A stretch of 64,000 nucleotides of DNA from Vicinamibacterales bacterium (GTDB lineage Bacteria > Acidobacteriota > Vicinamibacteria > Vicinamibacterales > UBA8438), in the NCBI GenBank assembly GCA_963665465.1, contig OY762226.1:5061177-5125176 (forward strand), given 5' to 3'. Below the pieces are notes generated by a model. That model was not told the DNA's origin and made no database searches. It saw only the letters and a program-made list of their open reading frames with translations. Shown here piece by piece: positions 8,817 to 23,218 of the stretch (position 1 is the stretch's first letter; the number at the start of each line of letters is the position of its first letter). The position numbers and the translations under genes were made by a program.

Positions 8817-9893
8817 CTACTGCCGCGGAGCAGCGTCCGGCACGACCGGAACCAGCGCCCACGCGTCGCCCGCGGTGAATTCGCGCGCGGCGAAACACCA
8901 CACCACCAGGCGCTTCCGCTCCCAGAACGCGGCATCCTGCTGCACGCGCTCACGCAGCGCCACGCGCGCCGCGGTCGCCGCCGGGCCGCGCACGGCGACC
9001 AGGTCGACCGCGAGACCGAGCTCGAAGGCCAACTGATCGGCGAGGCCGGCGCCGGTGGCGTGCATGTCGGCGCCGGCCTGGAAGACCAGGTTGTGGCTGT
9101 CGCCGAGCAGCAGGATCGGACTGTCGCGGTCGGGCGCCGCCGCCGTGGCCGGCCGCGTTCCGGCGGCCGCGACTCCGCGCAGGCGGACCTCCTCGCGCGG
9201 CGCGTCCGGGCGATCGAGCGCCGCGTACAGGTCGCCGGTCAGGCGCGTCGAGTACCAGCGCGGCGTGAAGGCGGTCGTCGGCAGCTCCGCGTACCAGGGG
9301 CGCTCCCGGACGTCCGCGGCGATCGCCTGGCCGGCCAGCACGCAGCCGACGCCGGACCAATGGCTGTCCTGCCGGCAGTAGGGCGTGCCCTCGGGGTGGA
9401 AGCGGTTGGCGAGGAAGTCGTCCGTCAGATCGAGCACGTCGACGCCCTGCTCGCGCAGGAGCGCGTAGAACGCCGCGTGGGCGGGGTCCAGACGCGGCAC
9501 GGGGATCGGCACTTCCACGCCGGCGTCGGCCTTGTCGGGGTAGATGATGCTCTTGGGCGGCACCGGCACCAGCAGCAGCTCCACGCCGCGGGCATCGAGC
9601 TGGCGCTTGAAGTCGACTATCGCCGGCAACGGATCGGCGTCCGCCGGGTCGCTGGCGGCCGCGGGCCGCTGCGCCTCATTCCCCCGGAGTCGCCCCGCAG
9701 CGACATGCCGCAGCTCGGGTTCGAGGAACAGCCAGTCGTCGAGCCCGCCGACCACGGGCGAATCGCGCCGGGTGGCCTCCCCGGCCCGCTCCGCGAGGCC
9801 GGCGTGAAACTGCTCGATCAGCTCGGGCGGGACTTCCGGGCCGCAGGCCAGCAGCAGGCCGGCCGTGGCGGCAGCGTGGACGGCCCGGCGCAT
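8817..9893 (-). CDS. AlgX/AlgJ (DHHW-type) SGNH-like polysaccharide O-acetyltransferase, lipoprotein
   Basis: Lipobox LLLAC, catalytic-type motif RQDSHWS (D-x-H-W) and LLLGDSH. It lies upstream of the DegT gene on the same strand, 27 bp away. Confidence 0.55.
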   Translation of the reverse strand: MRRAVHAAATAGLLLACGPEVPPELIEQFHAGLAERAGEATRRDSPVVGGLDDWLFLEPELRHVAAGRLRGNEAQRPAAASDPADADPLPAIVDFKRQLDARGVELLLVPVPPKSIIYPDKADAGVEVPIPVPRLDPAHAAFYALLREQGVDVLDLTDDFLANRFHPEGTPYCRQDSHWSGVGCVLAGQAIAADVRERPWYAELPTTAFTPRWYSTRLTGDLYAALDRPDAPREEVRLRGVAAAGTRPATAAAPDRDSPILLLGDSHNLVFQAGADMHATGAGLADQLAFELGLAVDLVAVRGPAATAARVALRERVQQDAAFWERKRLVVWCFAAREFTAGDAWALVPVVPDAAPRQ

Positions 9894-9982
9894 CAGCGCC
9901 GCGCCTCGGCGGGCTGGTCATCGTGCATGCTCCAGGGGTACACGACCAGCGCGGGTACGTCCAGCGGGCGGGCTGGCTTCCA

Positions 9983-10110
9983 TCAGACGGGGCTGCGCCC
10001 CGAACCCCCGGCGTCCGCTTGCGGGGGCCCCTTCGCCCCGCGCCGCTACCGCCGAGGCGCGCTGTGCGCGCCTTGCGGAGTCTGCGCAGTTATGCGGCGC
10101 AGACTCCTGG
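9983..10110 (-). repeat. full-length copy (128 bp) of the dispersed multi-hairpin repeat
   Basis: Its reverse complement aligns over its whole length with 28637-28764, with about a dozen mismatches by eye. It lies in the divergent intergenic region between the AlgJ-like gene and ttcA. Confidence 0.85.
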
Positions 10111-10194
10111 CGGCCCCGGCCCGGCTCGGGCCATGGCAGACCGCCGAGGCGGTCCGGGCCCCGGCTGCGCCGAAGGGTGTAGACTCGGTGGGCG

Positions 10195-11001
10195 ATGGCT
10201 TATCGCAGCAAGCTGGAGGCGCGGCTGGCGCGCAAGGTGACGCGCGCGATCACGACCTTCGACCTGCTCGAGGACGGTGACCGCGTCATGGTCGGCCTGT
10301 CGGGCGGCAAGGACAGCTGGGCGCTGATGCAGTTGCTGGACGTGCTGCGCCGCCGGGCGCCGGTCGACTTCACGCTGGTCGCGGTCAACGTCGATTCCGG
10401 CTACGACGGCTATCGTCACGACGCGATCGCGCGGGCCTGCGACGAGCGCGGCTGGGAGTACCGCATCGAGCATACCGCCATCGGCGAGATCATGGACGAT
10501 GTGCTCGCCGCCGACGCGACGCCCTGCTCGCTCTGCGCCCGGTTGCGGCGCGGCGTCCTGTACCGGCTCGCGGCCGACATGGGCGCCACGAAGATCGCCC
10601 TCGGGCACCACGCGGACGACTTCGTCGAGACGCTGCTGCTCAACCTGTTCTTCGCCGGCAGCCTGAAGGCCATGCCCGCGCGCCTGGTGTCGGACGACGG
10701 CCGCCACGTGGTCGTTCGTCCTCTCGTGTACGTGGCTGAGGACGAGGCGCGGGCGTACACGCGCGCCTGCGAGCTGCCGGTCATCGGTTGCTGCTGCCCG
10801 GTCTGCGGGGACCTGAGCCTGAAGCGCCAGCGCATCAAGCGCCTCCTGCTCGACCTCGACCGCGAGCACCCGGGGATCAAGAGCTCGATGCTCAAGGCGC
10901 TCGGGAACGTCGCGCCGCGGCATCTGCTCGATACCCGTCTCAATCCGGTCGCCGAGCTGCGCGCGCGGGTCGGCGACGACCTGGAGCTCGCTGCCTCGTA
11001 G
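10195..11001 (+). CDS. ttcA: tRNA 2-thiocytidine biosynthesis protein
   Basis: SGGKDS PP-loop, CSLCARLRR, GHHADD and CCCPVC motifs. Confidence 0.85.
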   Translation: MAYRSKLEARLARKVTRAITTFDLLEDGDRVMVGLSGGKDSWALMQLLDVLRRRAPVDFTLVAVNVDSGYDGYRHDAIARACDERGWEYRIEHTAIGEIMDDVLAADATPCSLCARLRRGVLYRLAADMGATKIALGHHADDFVETLLLNLFFAGSLKAMPARLVSDDGRHVVVRPLVYVAEDEARAYTRACELPVIGCCCPVCGDLSLKRQRIKRLLLDLDREHPGIKSSMLKALGNVAPRHLLDTRLNPVAELRARVGDDLELAAS

Positions 11002-11040
11002 TGACGAGGGAGCCGGCGGCAGCTGCGCCAGCCATACCCC

Positions 11041-11505
11041 ATGCGAGTCGTGCTGCAGCGCGTGAGCTCGGCGTGCGTCAGCGCCGGTGACCGCCGGCTC
11101 GGAAGCATCCGGCGCGGCCTGCTTGCGCTCGTCGGCGTGCGGCGCGACGACGGCGCCTCCGACGTGGCGTACATCACGCGCAAGATCCCGCACCTGCGGG
11201 TGTTCGAGGACGAGGCGGGCAGGATGGCCCGCTCGCTGGCCGACATCGGCGGCGAGCTGCTCGTCGTGTCCCAGTTCACGCTGTACGGCGATTGCCGGAA
11301 GGGCCGGCGGCCGTCATTCGATCGGGCGGCGCCACCTGCCGCGGCGCGCGGGGTCTACGAGGACCTCGTCGCGGCCTTGCGCGAGACCGGTCTGACGGTG
11401 TGCACGGGTGAATTTCAGGCGATGATGCACGTCGAGCTGGTCAACGACGGTCCGGTGACGCTGCTTCTCGACAGCGACCACCTGCGGCGGGACGATGCCG
11501 ACTGA
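11041..11505 (+). CDS. dtd: D-aminoacyl-tRNA deacylase
   Basis: MRVVLQRV, SQFTLYGD and NDGPVTLLLD motifs; 154 aa. Confidence 0.85.
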   Translation: MRVVLQRVSSACVSAGDRRLGSIRRGLLALVGVRRDDGASDVAYITRKIPHLRVFEDEAGRMARSLADIGGELLVVSQFTLYGDCRKGRRPSFDRAAPPAAARGVYEDLVAALRETGLTVCTGEFQAMMHVELVNDGPVTLLLDSDHLRRDDAD

Positions 11506-12361
11506 TCCGAGCGCCCGCGCGCTGGCGCTGGCCGTTCTGCTGCCGGTCCTGTGCGCCGCCCCCGCGGCCGCTCAGCAGCGCCCGCTGCTGACCGAGGATC
11601 CCGAGTCGATCGGCTCCGGGATGATCATGCTCGAGGGCGGGTTCGAGTACACCTGGGAGCAGCCGTACCCGGTCTCCGGGTTGCGCGGGCACCGGCTGCG
11701 CGCCCCCATCCTGGGCGTGAGCTTCGGCGTCAGCTCGATTGCGGAGGTGCAGATCGACGGCATCTCCTACCAGCGGCTGCGCGTTCTCGAGCGGGGCAGG
11801 GGACCGCTGTCCGCCCTGGTGAACGTCACCGGCGACGCCGCGCAGGACATGGAGGACCTCGTCGTCGGCACCAAGGTGCGGCTGATTCCGGAGACGGACG
11901 TCTCGCCGTCGTTCGCGCTGCGCTTCGCCACGCGCCTGCCGAACGCCGGCAACGAGAGCGGCCTCGGGGTCGACTCGATGGCCTTCTTCAACACGCTGCT
12001 GGTGGGCAAGAGCATCGGGCCGGCGCGCATTCTCGCCAATGTCGGCCTGGGCATCCTGTCCGACCCGCTGCGCGGCGACCGGCAGAACGACGTGGTCATG
12101 TACGGCGTGTCGGTGGCGCGTGCCCTGAACCCGTTCACCGAGGTGGTCGCGGAGGTCAACGGCCATGCCAATACGCGCCGCGGGACGCCCCCGCCCGGCA
12201 CCGACACGTCGGGTCACCTGCGCGCGGGGGTGCGCTACCGGCTCGGCCCGCTGCGCATCGACGGCGCCGTGATCAGCGGGTTGACGAGCCGCGACGGCAA
12301 GTTCGGGGTCACCGCGGGCCTCACCTGGATCTTCCCGGGACTGCCGGTCCCGGTCAGCTGA
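11495..12361 (+). CDS. putative outer-membrane beta-barrel protein (family uncertain)
   Basis: Signal peptide ...LLPVLCAAPAAAQQ, alternating-strand pattern and C-terminal GLTWIF. Confidence 0.45.
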   Translation: MPTDPSARALALAVLLPVLCAAPAAAQQRPLLTEDPESIGSGMIMLEGGFEYTWEQPYPVSGLRGHRLRAPILGVSFGVSSIAEVQIDGISYQRLRVLERGRGPLSALVNVTGDAAQDMEDLVVGTKVRLIPETDVSPSFALRFATRLPNAGNESGLGVDSMAFFNTLLVGKSIGPARILANVGLGILSDPLRGDRQNDVVMYGVSVARALNPFTEVVAEVNGHANTRRGTPPPGTDTSGHLRAGVRYRLGPLRIDGAVISGLTSRDGKFGVTAGLTWIFPGLPVPVS

Positions 12362-12372
12362 CGGCGCGGCGG

Positions 12373-13206
12373 ATGCGCGTGCTTGCCATGCCTGTCGACT
12401 TCACCAAGGCGCACGCCTACGGCAACGATTTCCTGTTCATCGAGGAGCACCTGGCGGCTGGCGCGGAGGCCGCCGTCTGGGCGCGCGCCGTGTGCGACCG
12501 CCACCGCGGCATCGGCGCGGACGGCCTCATCCTCTACCGGCGGACCGCCGCCGGCGCGACGATGACGTTGCTCAACGCCGACGGCTCGGCGGCCGAGGTG
12601 TCCGGCAACGGCGTGCGCTGTCTGGCGGCCCTCGTCGCCGACGCGGAGGACGGCCGCGGCGGGGGTGCCGAGGCCGCGGAGATCACGATCGAGACCGCCG
12701 GCGGCGTCAAGAGGCTGACCCTGCTGGAGGCTGCCTCGCCGCGCTTCAGGTTCAGGGCGTGGATGGGGCGTTCGTCCGGGCTCGCCCGGCGGCAGATCGA
12801 GGTTGCGGGCGAGCAGGTCAGCGTGATCGTGCTGTCGGTCGGCAACCCGCAGTGCATCGTGCTGACCGATCGGCTCGATGCGGCGCGCTTCGCGCGGCTG
12901 GGGCCGGCGCTGGCGACGCACGAGGCGTTTCCAGAGGGCACGAACGTGGAGTTCGTCCGCATTGAGCGCCCGGATCGGCTGCGCATCCAGATCTGGGAGC
13001 GGGGCGTGGGTCCGACGAGCGCCTCCGGTACCGGCGCCTGCGCCTCGGCGGTGGCGGCGACCGTCTTCGGCGGGGCGGCGCCGGCCATGGACGTCGTCTC
13101 GCCCGGGGGCTCGCAGCGGGTCGAGCTGACCGCGGACGGCATCTACCTCACGGGCTGGGCCGAGCTCACCGGCCGGGGCGTCTGGCTGAGTCCGCCGGGC
13201 GCGTAG
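12373..13206 (+). CDS. dapF: diaminopimelate epimerase
   Basis: AYGNDFLF, SGNGVRC, SVGNPQCIV and ERGVGPTSASGTGACA motifs. ATG 12373 lies in the frame of ORF 11551..13206. Confidence 0.85.
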   Translation: MRVLAMPVDFTKAHAYGNDFLFIEEHLAAGAEAAVWARAVCDRHRGIGADGLILYRRTAAGATMTLLNADGSAAEVSGNGVRCLAALVADAEDGRGGGAEAAEITIETAGGVKRLTLLEAASPRFRFRAWMGRSSGLARRQIEVAGEQVSVIVLSVGNPQCIVLTDRLDAARFARLGPALATHEAFPEGTNVEFVRIERPDRLRIQIWERGVGPTSASGTGACASAVAATVFGGAAPAMDVVSPGGSQRVELTADGIYLTGWAELTGRGVWLSPPGA

Positions 13207-13389
13207 CCGTGCGTGGAACGGCGTCTCGCCCGGGGGCTTTCAGCTTTCGCGTACTCCGGCCTTGCCGGCGCCGCCGCCCGCCTTGCCGCACGGTTTCCGG
13301 GAGGCCCCGGACGCGGGCCGGTCCCGCACCGACGCGTGCACTCTGTAGTACGATCGCGTGGCGGCACACGGCTTGAAGGCGCGAGGCGC

Positions 13390-14058
13390 ATGAGATCGCT
13401 CGCGCCGCACGACCGCCCTCGCGAGAAGCTCGACCGGCTCGGCTCGAGCGTCCTCGGCGACAACGAGCTCCTTGCCGTCATTCTCGGGCACGGCTATCAC
13501 CGCGCAAGTGCCCTGGATATCGCCAACCGGGTGCTCGGGGCGGCGGGCGGGGTACACGGGTTGACGCGCTTGTCCGAGGGGCAGTTGCGGCGCGTCACCG
13601 GCGTCGGGCCGGCCAGGGCCGCACAGATTCTGGCTGCGGTGGAGCTCGGCCGGCGGACGCTGGCGCGCTCGCCGGCCGAGCGCACCCTGTTGCGCAGCCC
13701 GCGCGACGTCGCCGCGTATCTGCTGCCCCGCTACGGGGCCGGGCTGGTGGAGCAGTTCGGCTTGCTGATGCTGGATACCAAGCATCGGGTGCTGCGCGCC
13801 ACGGTGCTTTCGATAGGCACGCTGGACGCCAGCCTGGTGCATCCGCGGGAAGTGTTCCGGGCGGCGGCCGCAGCCGGCGCCGCCGCGCTGGTGTTGTTTC
13901 ACAACCACCCGTCGGGCGATCCGACGCCCAGCGTGGACGATGTCGCGCTGACCGAGCGCATGGTGCAGGCCGGCGCCCTCATGGGGATCGACGTGATCGA
14001 CCACGTCGTGCTGGCCGACGTGCGCTACTTCAGCTTCAAGGAGAGCGGCCGGATCTGA
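13390..14058 (+). CDS. radC: RadC-family JAB/MPN domain protein
   Basis: HhH-like N-domain (VTGVGPARAAQIL) and the JAMM motif HNHPSGDPTPS. ATG 13390 chosen inside ORF 13213..14058. Confidence 0.8.
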   Translation: MRSLAPHDRPREKLDRLGSSVLGDNELLAVILGHGYHRASALDIANRVLGAAGGVHGLTRLSEGQLRRVTGVGPARAAQILAAVELGRRTLARSPAERTLLRSPRDVAAYLLPRYGAGLVEQFGLLMLDTKHRVLRATVLSIGTLDASLVHPREVFRAAAAAGAAALVLFHNHPSGDPTPSVDDVALTERMVQAGALMGIDVIDHVVLADVRYFSFKESGRI

Positions 14059-15300
14059 ATGGGGAAGATCCTCTACTTCGACTGCTTCTCGGGCGCTTCG
14101 GGCGACATGATCCTCGGTGCGCTGCTCGACGCCGGGCTGCCGCTCGAGCAGCTCCGCGCCGCCGTCGGGAGCCTGGCGCTCGACGGCGTGACGCTGGAGG
14201 CCGAGCGCGTGGACCGGTCCGGGATCGGGGCGACGAAGTTTCGCGTCCGTGGTGCGGAGCCCGACCGCGGGCAACCCGGCGCCGGCCCCCACCATCACGA
14301 CGGGCAGCAGCACGGCCCGCACCATCACCACGAGCATGGCCACCGCGGGTTGAGCGAGATCTGCGCGCTGGTGGACGGCTCGGCCCTGTCCGGGTCCGCG
14401 AAGGCGCGGGCCAGGGGGCTCTTCCGGCGCCTCGCGGAGACGGAAGCCGACATCCACCAGCGGCCGGTGGAGGAGATCCACCTGCACGAGGTCGGGGCGG
14501 TCGACTCGATCATCGACATCGCCGGGGCCGTGTTCGGTCTGGAGTGGGTGGGGGCCGACCGCGTCGTCTCGTCGCCGCTCAACGTCGGATCGGGCACGGT
14601 GACCTGCGCCCACGGGGTGCTGCCCGTCCCGGCCCCGGCGACGGCGCGGCTGGTGACCGGCGTGCCGGTATACTCGTCCGGCGTCGAGGCCGAGCTGCTC
14701 ACGCCGACCGGGGCGCTGCTCGTCACGGACTACGCGTCGCAGTACGGGCCGCTGCCGGCCCTGCGCGTGACGCAGGTAGGCTACGGCGCCGGCGATCGGG
14801 ATCTGCCCGGCTCGCCGAACGTCGTGCGGGTCGTCATCGGCGACGACGGCGCCGGAGCGAGCCTGCAGCGCGTCGTCGTCATCGAGAGCCAGATCGACGA
14901 CATGAACCCGCAGATCTTCGGCGTGCTCATGGACCGGCTCCACGCGGCGGGCGCCCTGGACGTGTTCTACTCGCCGATCCAGATGAAGAAGAACCGCCCC
15001 GGGACGCTGGTCTCGGTGGTCGCGCTGCCGGCGGACCGCGAGGCGCTGACCGCGCTGCTGTTCCGCGAGACGACCACCATCGGGGTGCGGTTCAGGGAGA
15101 TGGATCGCGAGCGGCTCGATCGCGACCAGGTGACGGTGGAGACGCCGCTCGGCCCGGTCCGCTTCAAGCTGGCCGGCCGCGGCGGCGACGTGCTCAACGC
15201 GGCACCCGAGTTCGACGACTGCCTGCAGCTCGCCGAGCGGCACGACCTGTCCGTCAAGGCCGTGCAGGCGATCGCGACGAAGGCCTATCTGGATCGCTAG
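14059..15300 (+). CDS. larC: nickel insertion protein LarC (DUF111)
   Basis: MGKILYFDCFSGASGDM, His-rich insert HHHDGQQHGPHHHHEHGH and HLHEVGAVDSIIDI. Confidence 0.8.
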   Translation: MGKILYFDCFSGASGDMILGALLDAGLPLEQLRAAVGSLALDGVTLEAERVDRSGIGATKFRVRGAEPDRGQPGAGPHHHDGQQHGPHHHHEHGHRGLSEICALVDGSALSGSAKARARGLFRRLAETEADIHQRPVEEIHLHEVGAVDSIIDIAGAVFGLEWVGADRVVSSPLNVGSGTVTCAHGVLPVPAPATARLVTGVPVYSSGVEAELLTPTGALLVTDYASQYGPLPALRVTQVGYGAGDRDLPGSPNVVRVVIGDDGAGASLQRVVVIESQIDDMNPQIFGVLMDRLHAAGALDVFYSPIQMKKNRPGTLVSVVALPADREALTALLFRETTTIGVRFREMDRERLDRDQVTVETPLGPVRFKLAGRGGDVLNAAPEFDDCLQLAERHDLSVKAVQAIATKAYLDR

Positions 15301-15301
15301 C

Positions 15302-17311
15302 ATGCCCCGCTTCTACATCACCACCGCCATCGACTACGTGAACAGCCGGCCGCACCTGGGCACGGCGTACGAGAAGGTGACTGCCGACGTCATCGCCCGC
15401 TACAAGCGGCTCGCAGGCTTCGATACCCGCTTCCTGATGGGCAACGACGAGCACTCGCAGAACGTGTACCAGCGCGCCAGCGAGCAGGGGCTCGACCCGC
15501 TGGCCTTCTGCGACCGGATGGAGACGGCGTTCCGGGACGTCTGGCGGCAGCTCGACATCTCCTTCGACGACTTCATCCGGACCACGGAAGTGCGCCACCG
15601 GGCCGGCGTGACGGCGCTCGTCTCGCGCCTGATCGAGTCGGGCGACGTCTACGAGGGGTTCTACGAAGGGTGGTACTGCGTCTCGTGCGAGGCGTTCAAG
15701 CAGGAGAAGGACCTGGTCGACGGCGCCTGTCCCGTGCACCAGCGGCCGCCGGAGTGGATCCGCGAGAAGAACCACTTCTTCCGACTGTCGAAGTATCGCG
15801 AGCGCCTGCTCGAGCGCTACGCGGCGCAACCGGAAGCGCTCGAGCCGGAAATCCGCCGCAACGAGATCCTGCGCCTGCTCGAGGCCGGCCTCGAGGACAT
15901 CTCCATGAGCCGGACCGGGCAGTCGTGGGGCATACCGGTCCCGTCCGATCCGGACAGCGTGGTCTACGTCTGGGTGGACGCGCTGATCAACTACGTCTCG
16001 GGCGTCGGCTACGGCACCGACGAGGCGCTGTTCGACACCTGGTGGCCGGCCGACCTGCACGTCATCGGCAAGGACATCACCCGCTTCCACTGCGTCGTCT
16101 GGCCCGCGATGCTGATGAGTGCCGGCATCGATCTGCCCCGGCAGGTATTCGGGCACGGCTGGGTCCACTGGCAGGGCCAGAAGATGAGCAAGTCGCTCGG
16201 CACGGCCGTGGACCCGCTGGAGGCGGCCGAGCGCCTGGGGCCGGATCCGCTGCGGCTGTACCTCACCAAGGAGATCGCGTTCGGCCAGGACGGCGATTTC
16301 ACCTGGGGTCGCTTCGAGGAGCGCTACAACGTCGACCTCGCGAACAACTTCGGCAATCTCGTCTCGCGCATCGCGGCGATGGCCGACCGCTACCGGCAGG
16401 GACGTCTGGTGGCCCCGTCCGGGCCGCCGGGACCGCTGGCCGAGACGGCGGCGTCCGCGGTGGCGGACTATCGCCGCGCGATGGATCGCTTCGCGCTGCA
16501 CCAGGGCGTGGCCGCGGCATTCCGCATCGTGGACGCTGCCAACGAGTACATCGCGACCGTCGAGCCGTGGGTGGTGGCGAGGGATGCGGCGCGCGCCGCG
16601 GAGCTCGATCGGCAGCTCTACGACGTGAGCGAGGCGGTGCGGCTGGCCGCCGTGCTGCTGGCGCCGGTGATGCCGCGGTCATGCGCGGAGGTGCTGGCGC
16701 GCGTCGGCGCCGCCTCCCCGGCGGACGCGCTGCGTCTCGACCGGGACGGCGTCTGGCAGGCCCCGCCCGGTGCAGAGCGGCGCCTGGTCAAGGGGCCGCC
16801 TCTCTGGCCGCGCCTCGACGCCGGGCAGGCGGCGTCCGGCGCCGCGCGGCCGGCACGGAAGGAGCAGGAAGTGCGGAAGGAGCAGGGAGCAATGAGCGCA
16901 GCAGATGCGGCGCCGCCGCAGGCCCCAGCGCCGGCGCCGGCGCCGGAACAGCAGGAGCAGGCGCAGGCGCCGGGACGGCCCCGGATCTCGATCGACCAGT
17001 TCGCGCAGATGGAGCTGCGCGTCGGCCGTGTCGCGGCCGCCGAGGCAGTACGGAAATCGAAAAAGCTGCTGCGCCTCGAGGTGGAGGACGGCGCGGGGGT
17101 GCGCCAGATCGTGGCCGGCCTCGCCAAGTCGCACCCGCCCGAGTCGCTGGTGGGCAAGAGCGTGGTGTTCATCGCGAACCTCGAGCCGGCGACGCTCGCG
17201 GGGCTCGAGTCGAACGGCATGGTGCTGGCCGCGTCCGGCGCGGACGGCACGCCCGTGCTGCTGACGGTGGACCTGCCGGACCAGGCGCCTCCCGGCTCGA
17301 CGATCAGCTAG
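15302..17311 (+). CDS. metG: methionine--tRNA ligase with C-terminal Trbp111/EMAP-like tRNA-binding domain
   Basis: HIGH-type signature NSRPHLGTAYE and KMSKS. The C-terminal OB domain (ELRVGRV...NGMVLAA) follows an Ala/Pro/Gln-rich linker. Confidence 0.9.
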   Translation: MPRFYITTAIDYVNSRPHLGTAYEKVTADVIARYKRLAGFDTRFLMGNDEHSQNVYQRASEQGLDPLAFCDRMETAFRDVWRQLDISFDDFIRTTEVRHRAGVTALVSRLIESGDVYEGFYEGWYCVSCEAFKQEKDLVDGACPVHQRPPEWIREKNHFFRLSKYRERLLERYAAQPEALEPEIRRNEILRLLEAGLEDISMSRTGQSWGIPVPSDPDSVVYVWVDALINYVSGVGYGTDEALFDTWWPADLHVIGKDITRFHCVVWPAMLMSAGIDLPRQVFGHGWVHWQGQKMSKSLGTAVDPLEAAERLGPDPLRLYLTKEIAFGQDGDFTWGRFEERYNVDLANNFGNLVSRIAAMADRYRQGRLVAPSGPPGPLAETAASAVADYRRAMDRFALHQGVAAAFRIVDAANEYIATVEPWVVARDAARAAELDRQLYDVSEAVRLAAVLLAPVMPRSCAEVLARVGAASPADALRLDRDGVWQAPPGAERRLVKGPPLWPRLDAGQAASGAARPARKEQEVRKEQGAMSAADAAPPQAPAPAPAPEQQEQAQAPGRPRISIDQFAQMELRVGRVAAAEAVRKSKKLLRLEVEDGAGVRQIVAGLAKSHPPESLVGKSVVFIANLEPATLAGLESNGMVLAASGADGTPVLLTVDLPDQAPPGSTIS

Positions 17312-17315
17312 GAGG

Positions 17316-18101
17316 ATGGTCGACTCGCACTGTCATCTGGCCGACGCCGCATTCGCGGACGACCTCGACGCCGTGGTCGACAGGGCTCGCGCGGCCGGCG
17401 TCGAGCGGGCGCTCTGCATCCTCGACGTGACCAGCGAGGACGAGGCGCAGCGCACGGCCCGGGTGGCCGGCACGTGGCCGGCCGTCCGTTTCGCGGCCGG
17501 CGTGCACCCGCATCAGGCGGCGCCCTTCGCGGACGAGGCCGAGGCGGCTGTCGGTGCGGTCCGCGCGGCGCTCGAGCGCGTCGCCGGCGTCTGCGCCATC
17601 GGCGAGATCGGCCTGGACTACCACTACGATTTCGCCCCGCGGCCGGCGCAGATGGAGGTGTTCCGGCGCCAGATCGCGCTGGCGCGCGAGGTCGGCAAGC
17701 CGATCGTCATCCATACTCGCGAGGCAGACGACGATACGTGCGCCGCCATCCGCGCGGAGGGGCGCGGCGACGTGCGCGGCGTCTTCCATTGCTTCACCGG
17801 CGATGCCGCGGCGGCGCGCCGGGCGCTCGACCTCGGCTTTCACGTCTCGTTCTCCGGCATTGCGACGTTCCGGCGCGCGGACGACATTCGGGCGGCGGCG
17901 GCGATCGTGCCGGCCGACCGGCTGCTGGTCGAGACCGACGCACCCTACCTTGCGCCGGTCCCCTTTCGCGGCCGCCGCAACGAGCCGGCCTGGGTGGCGC
18001 GCGTCGTCGAGGTGCTGGCCGGCGTGCGCGGGCAAACCGCCGCCAACGTCGCGGACGCCACGTCGGCAGCGTTCGCGGCGCTCTTCCACGACGCCGCCTG
18101 A
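17316..18101 (+). CDS. TatD-family metal-dependent hydrolase
   Basis: DSHCHL, HTREA, FHCFTG and ETDAPYL motifs. Confidence 0.85.
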   Translation: MVDSHCHLADAAFADDLDAVVDRARAAGVERALCILDVTSEDEAQRTARVAGTWPAVRFAAGVHPHQAAPFADEAEAAVGAVRAALERVAGVCAIGEIGLDYHYDFAPRPAQMEVFRRQIALAREVGKPIVIHTREADDDTCAAIRAEGRGDVRGVFHCFTGDAAAARRALDLGFHVSFSGIATFRRADDIRAAAAIVPADRLLVETDAPYLAPVPFRGRRNEPAWVARVVEVLAGVRGQTAANVADATSAAFAALFHDAA

Positions 18102-18174
18102 TGCGCGGTGCCGTGCAGGTCGCCCCGCCGCGTTGACACTCGTTCGGCGAGTGTGTTCTGATTCCCTCCGCCCC

Positions 18175-23218
<5,044 letters not shown>

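Noticed and set aside
9923-10240. ORFs sharing the peptide RGPLRPAPLPPRRAVRALR: 9923..10240(+), 27628..28728(-) and 40448..40936(-). At first sight this looks like a small conserved protein family.
   Set aside because: The shared peptide is simply the reverse-strand reading of the dispersed DNA repeat. Flanking residues are unrelated, and the ORFs overlap real genes.
13240-15303. Very long antisense or alternative-frame ORFs: 13240..15303(-) 687 aa, 19107..21656(-) 849 aa, 32180..35350(-) 1056 aa, 7752..10280(+) 842 aa, 46..1182(+) and 35435..37471(-), among others.
   Set aside because: They are Arg/Ala/Gly/Pro-rich with no recognisable motifs. Each lies opposite or out of frame to a gene with clear family signatures. 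This is the classic stop-codon-poor artefact of very GC-rich DNA.
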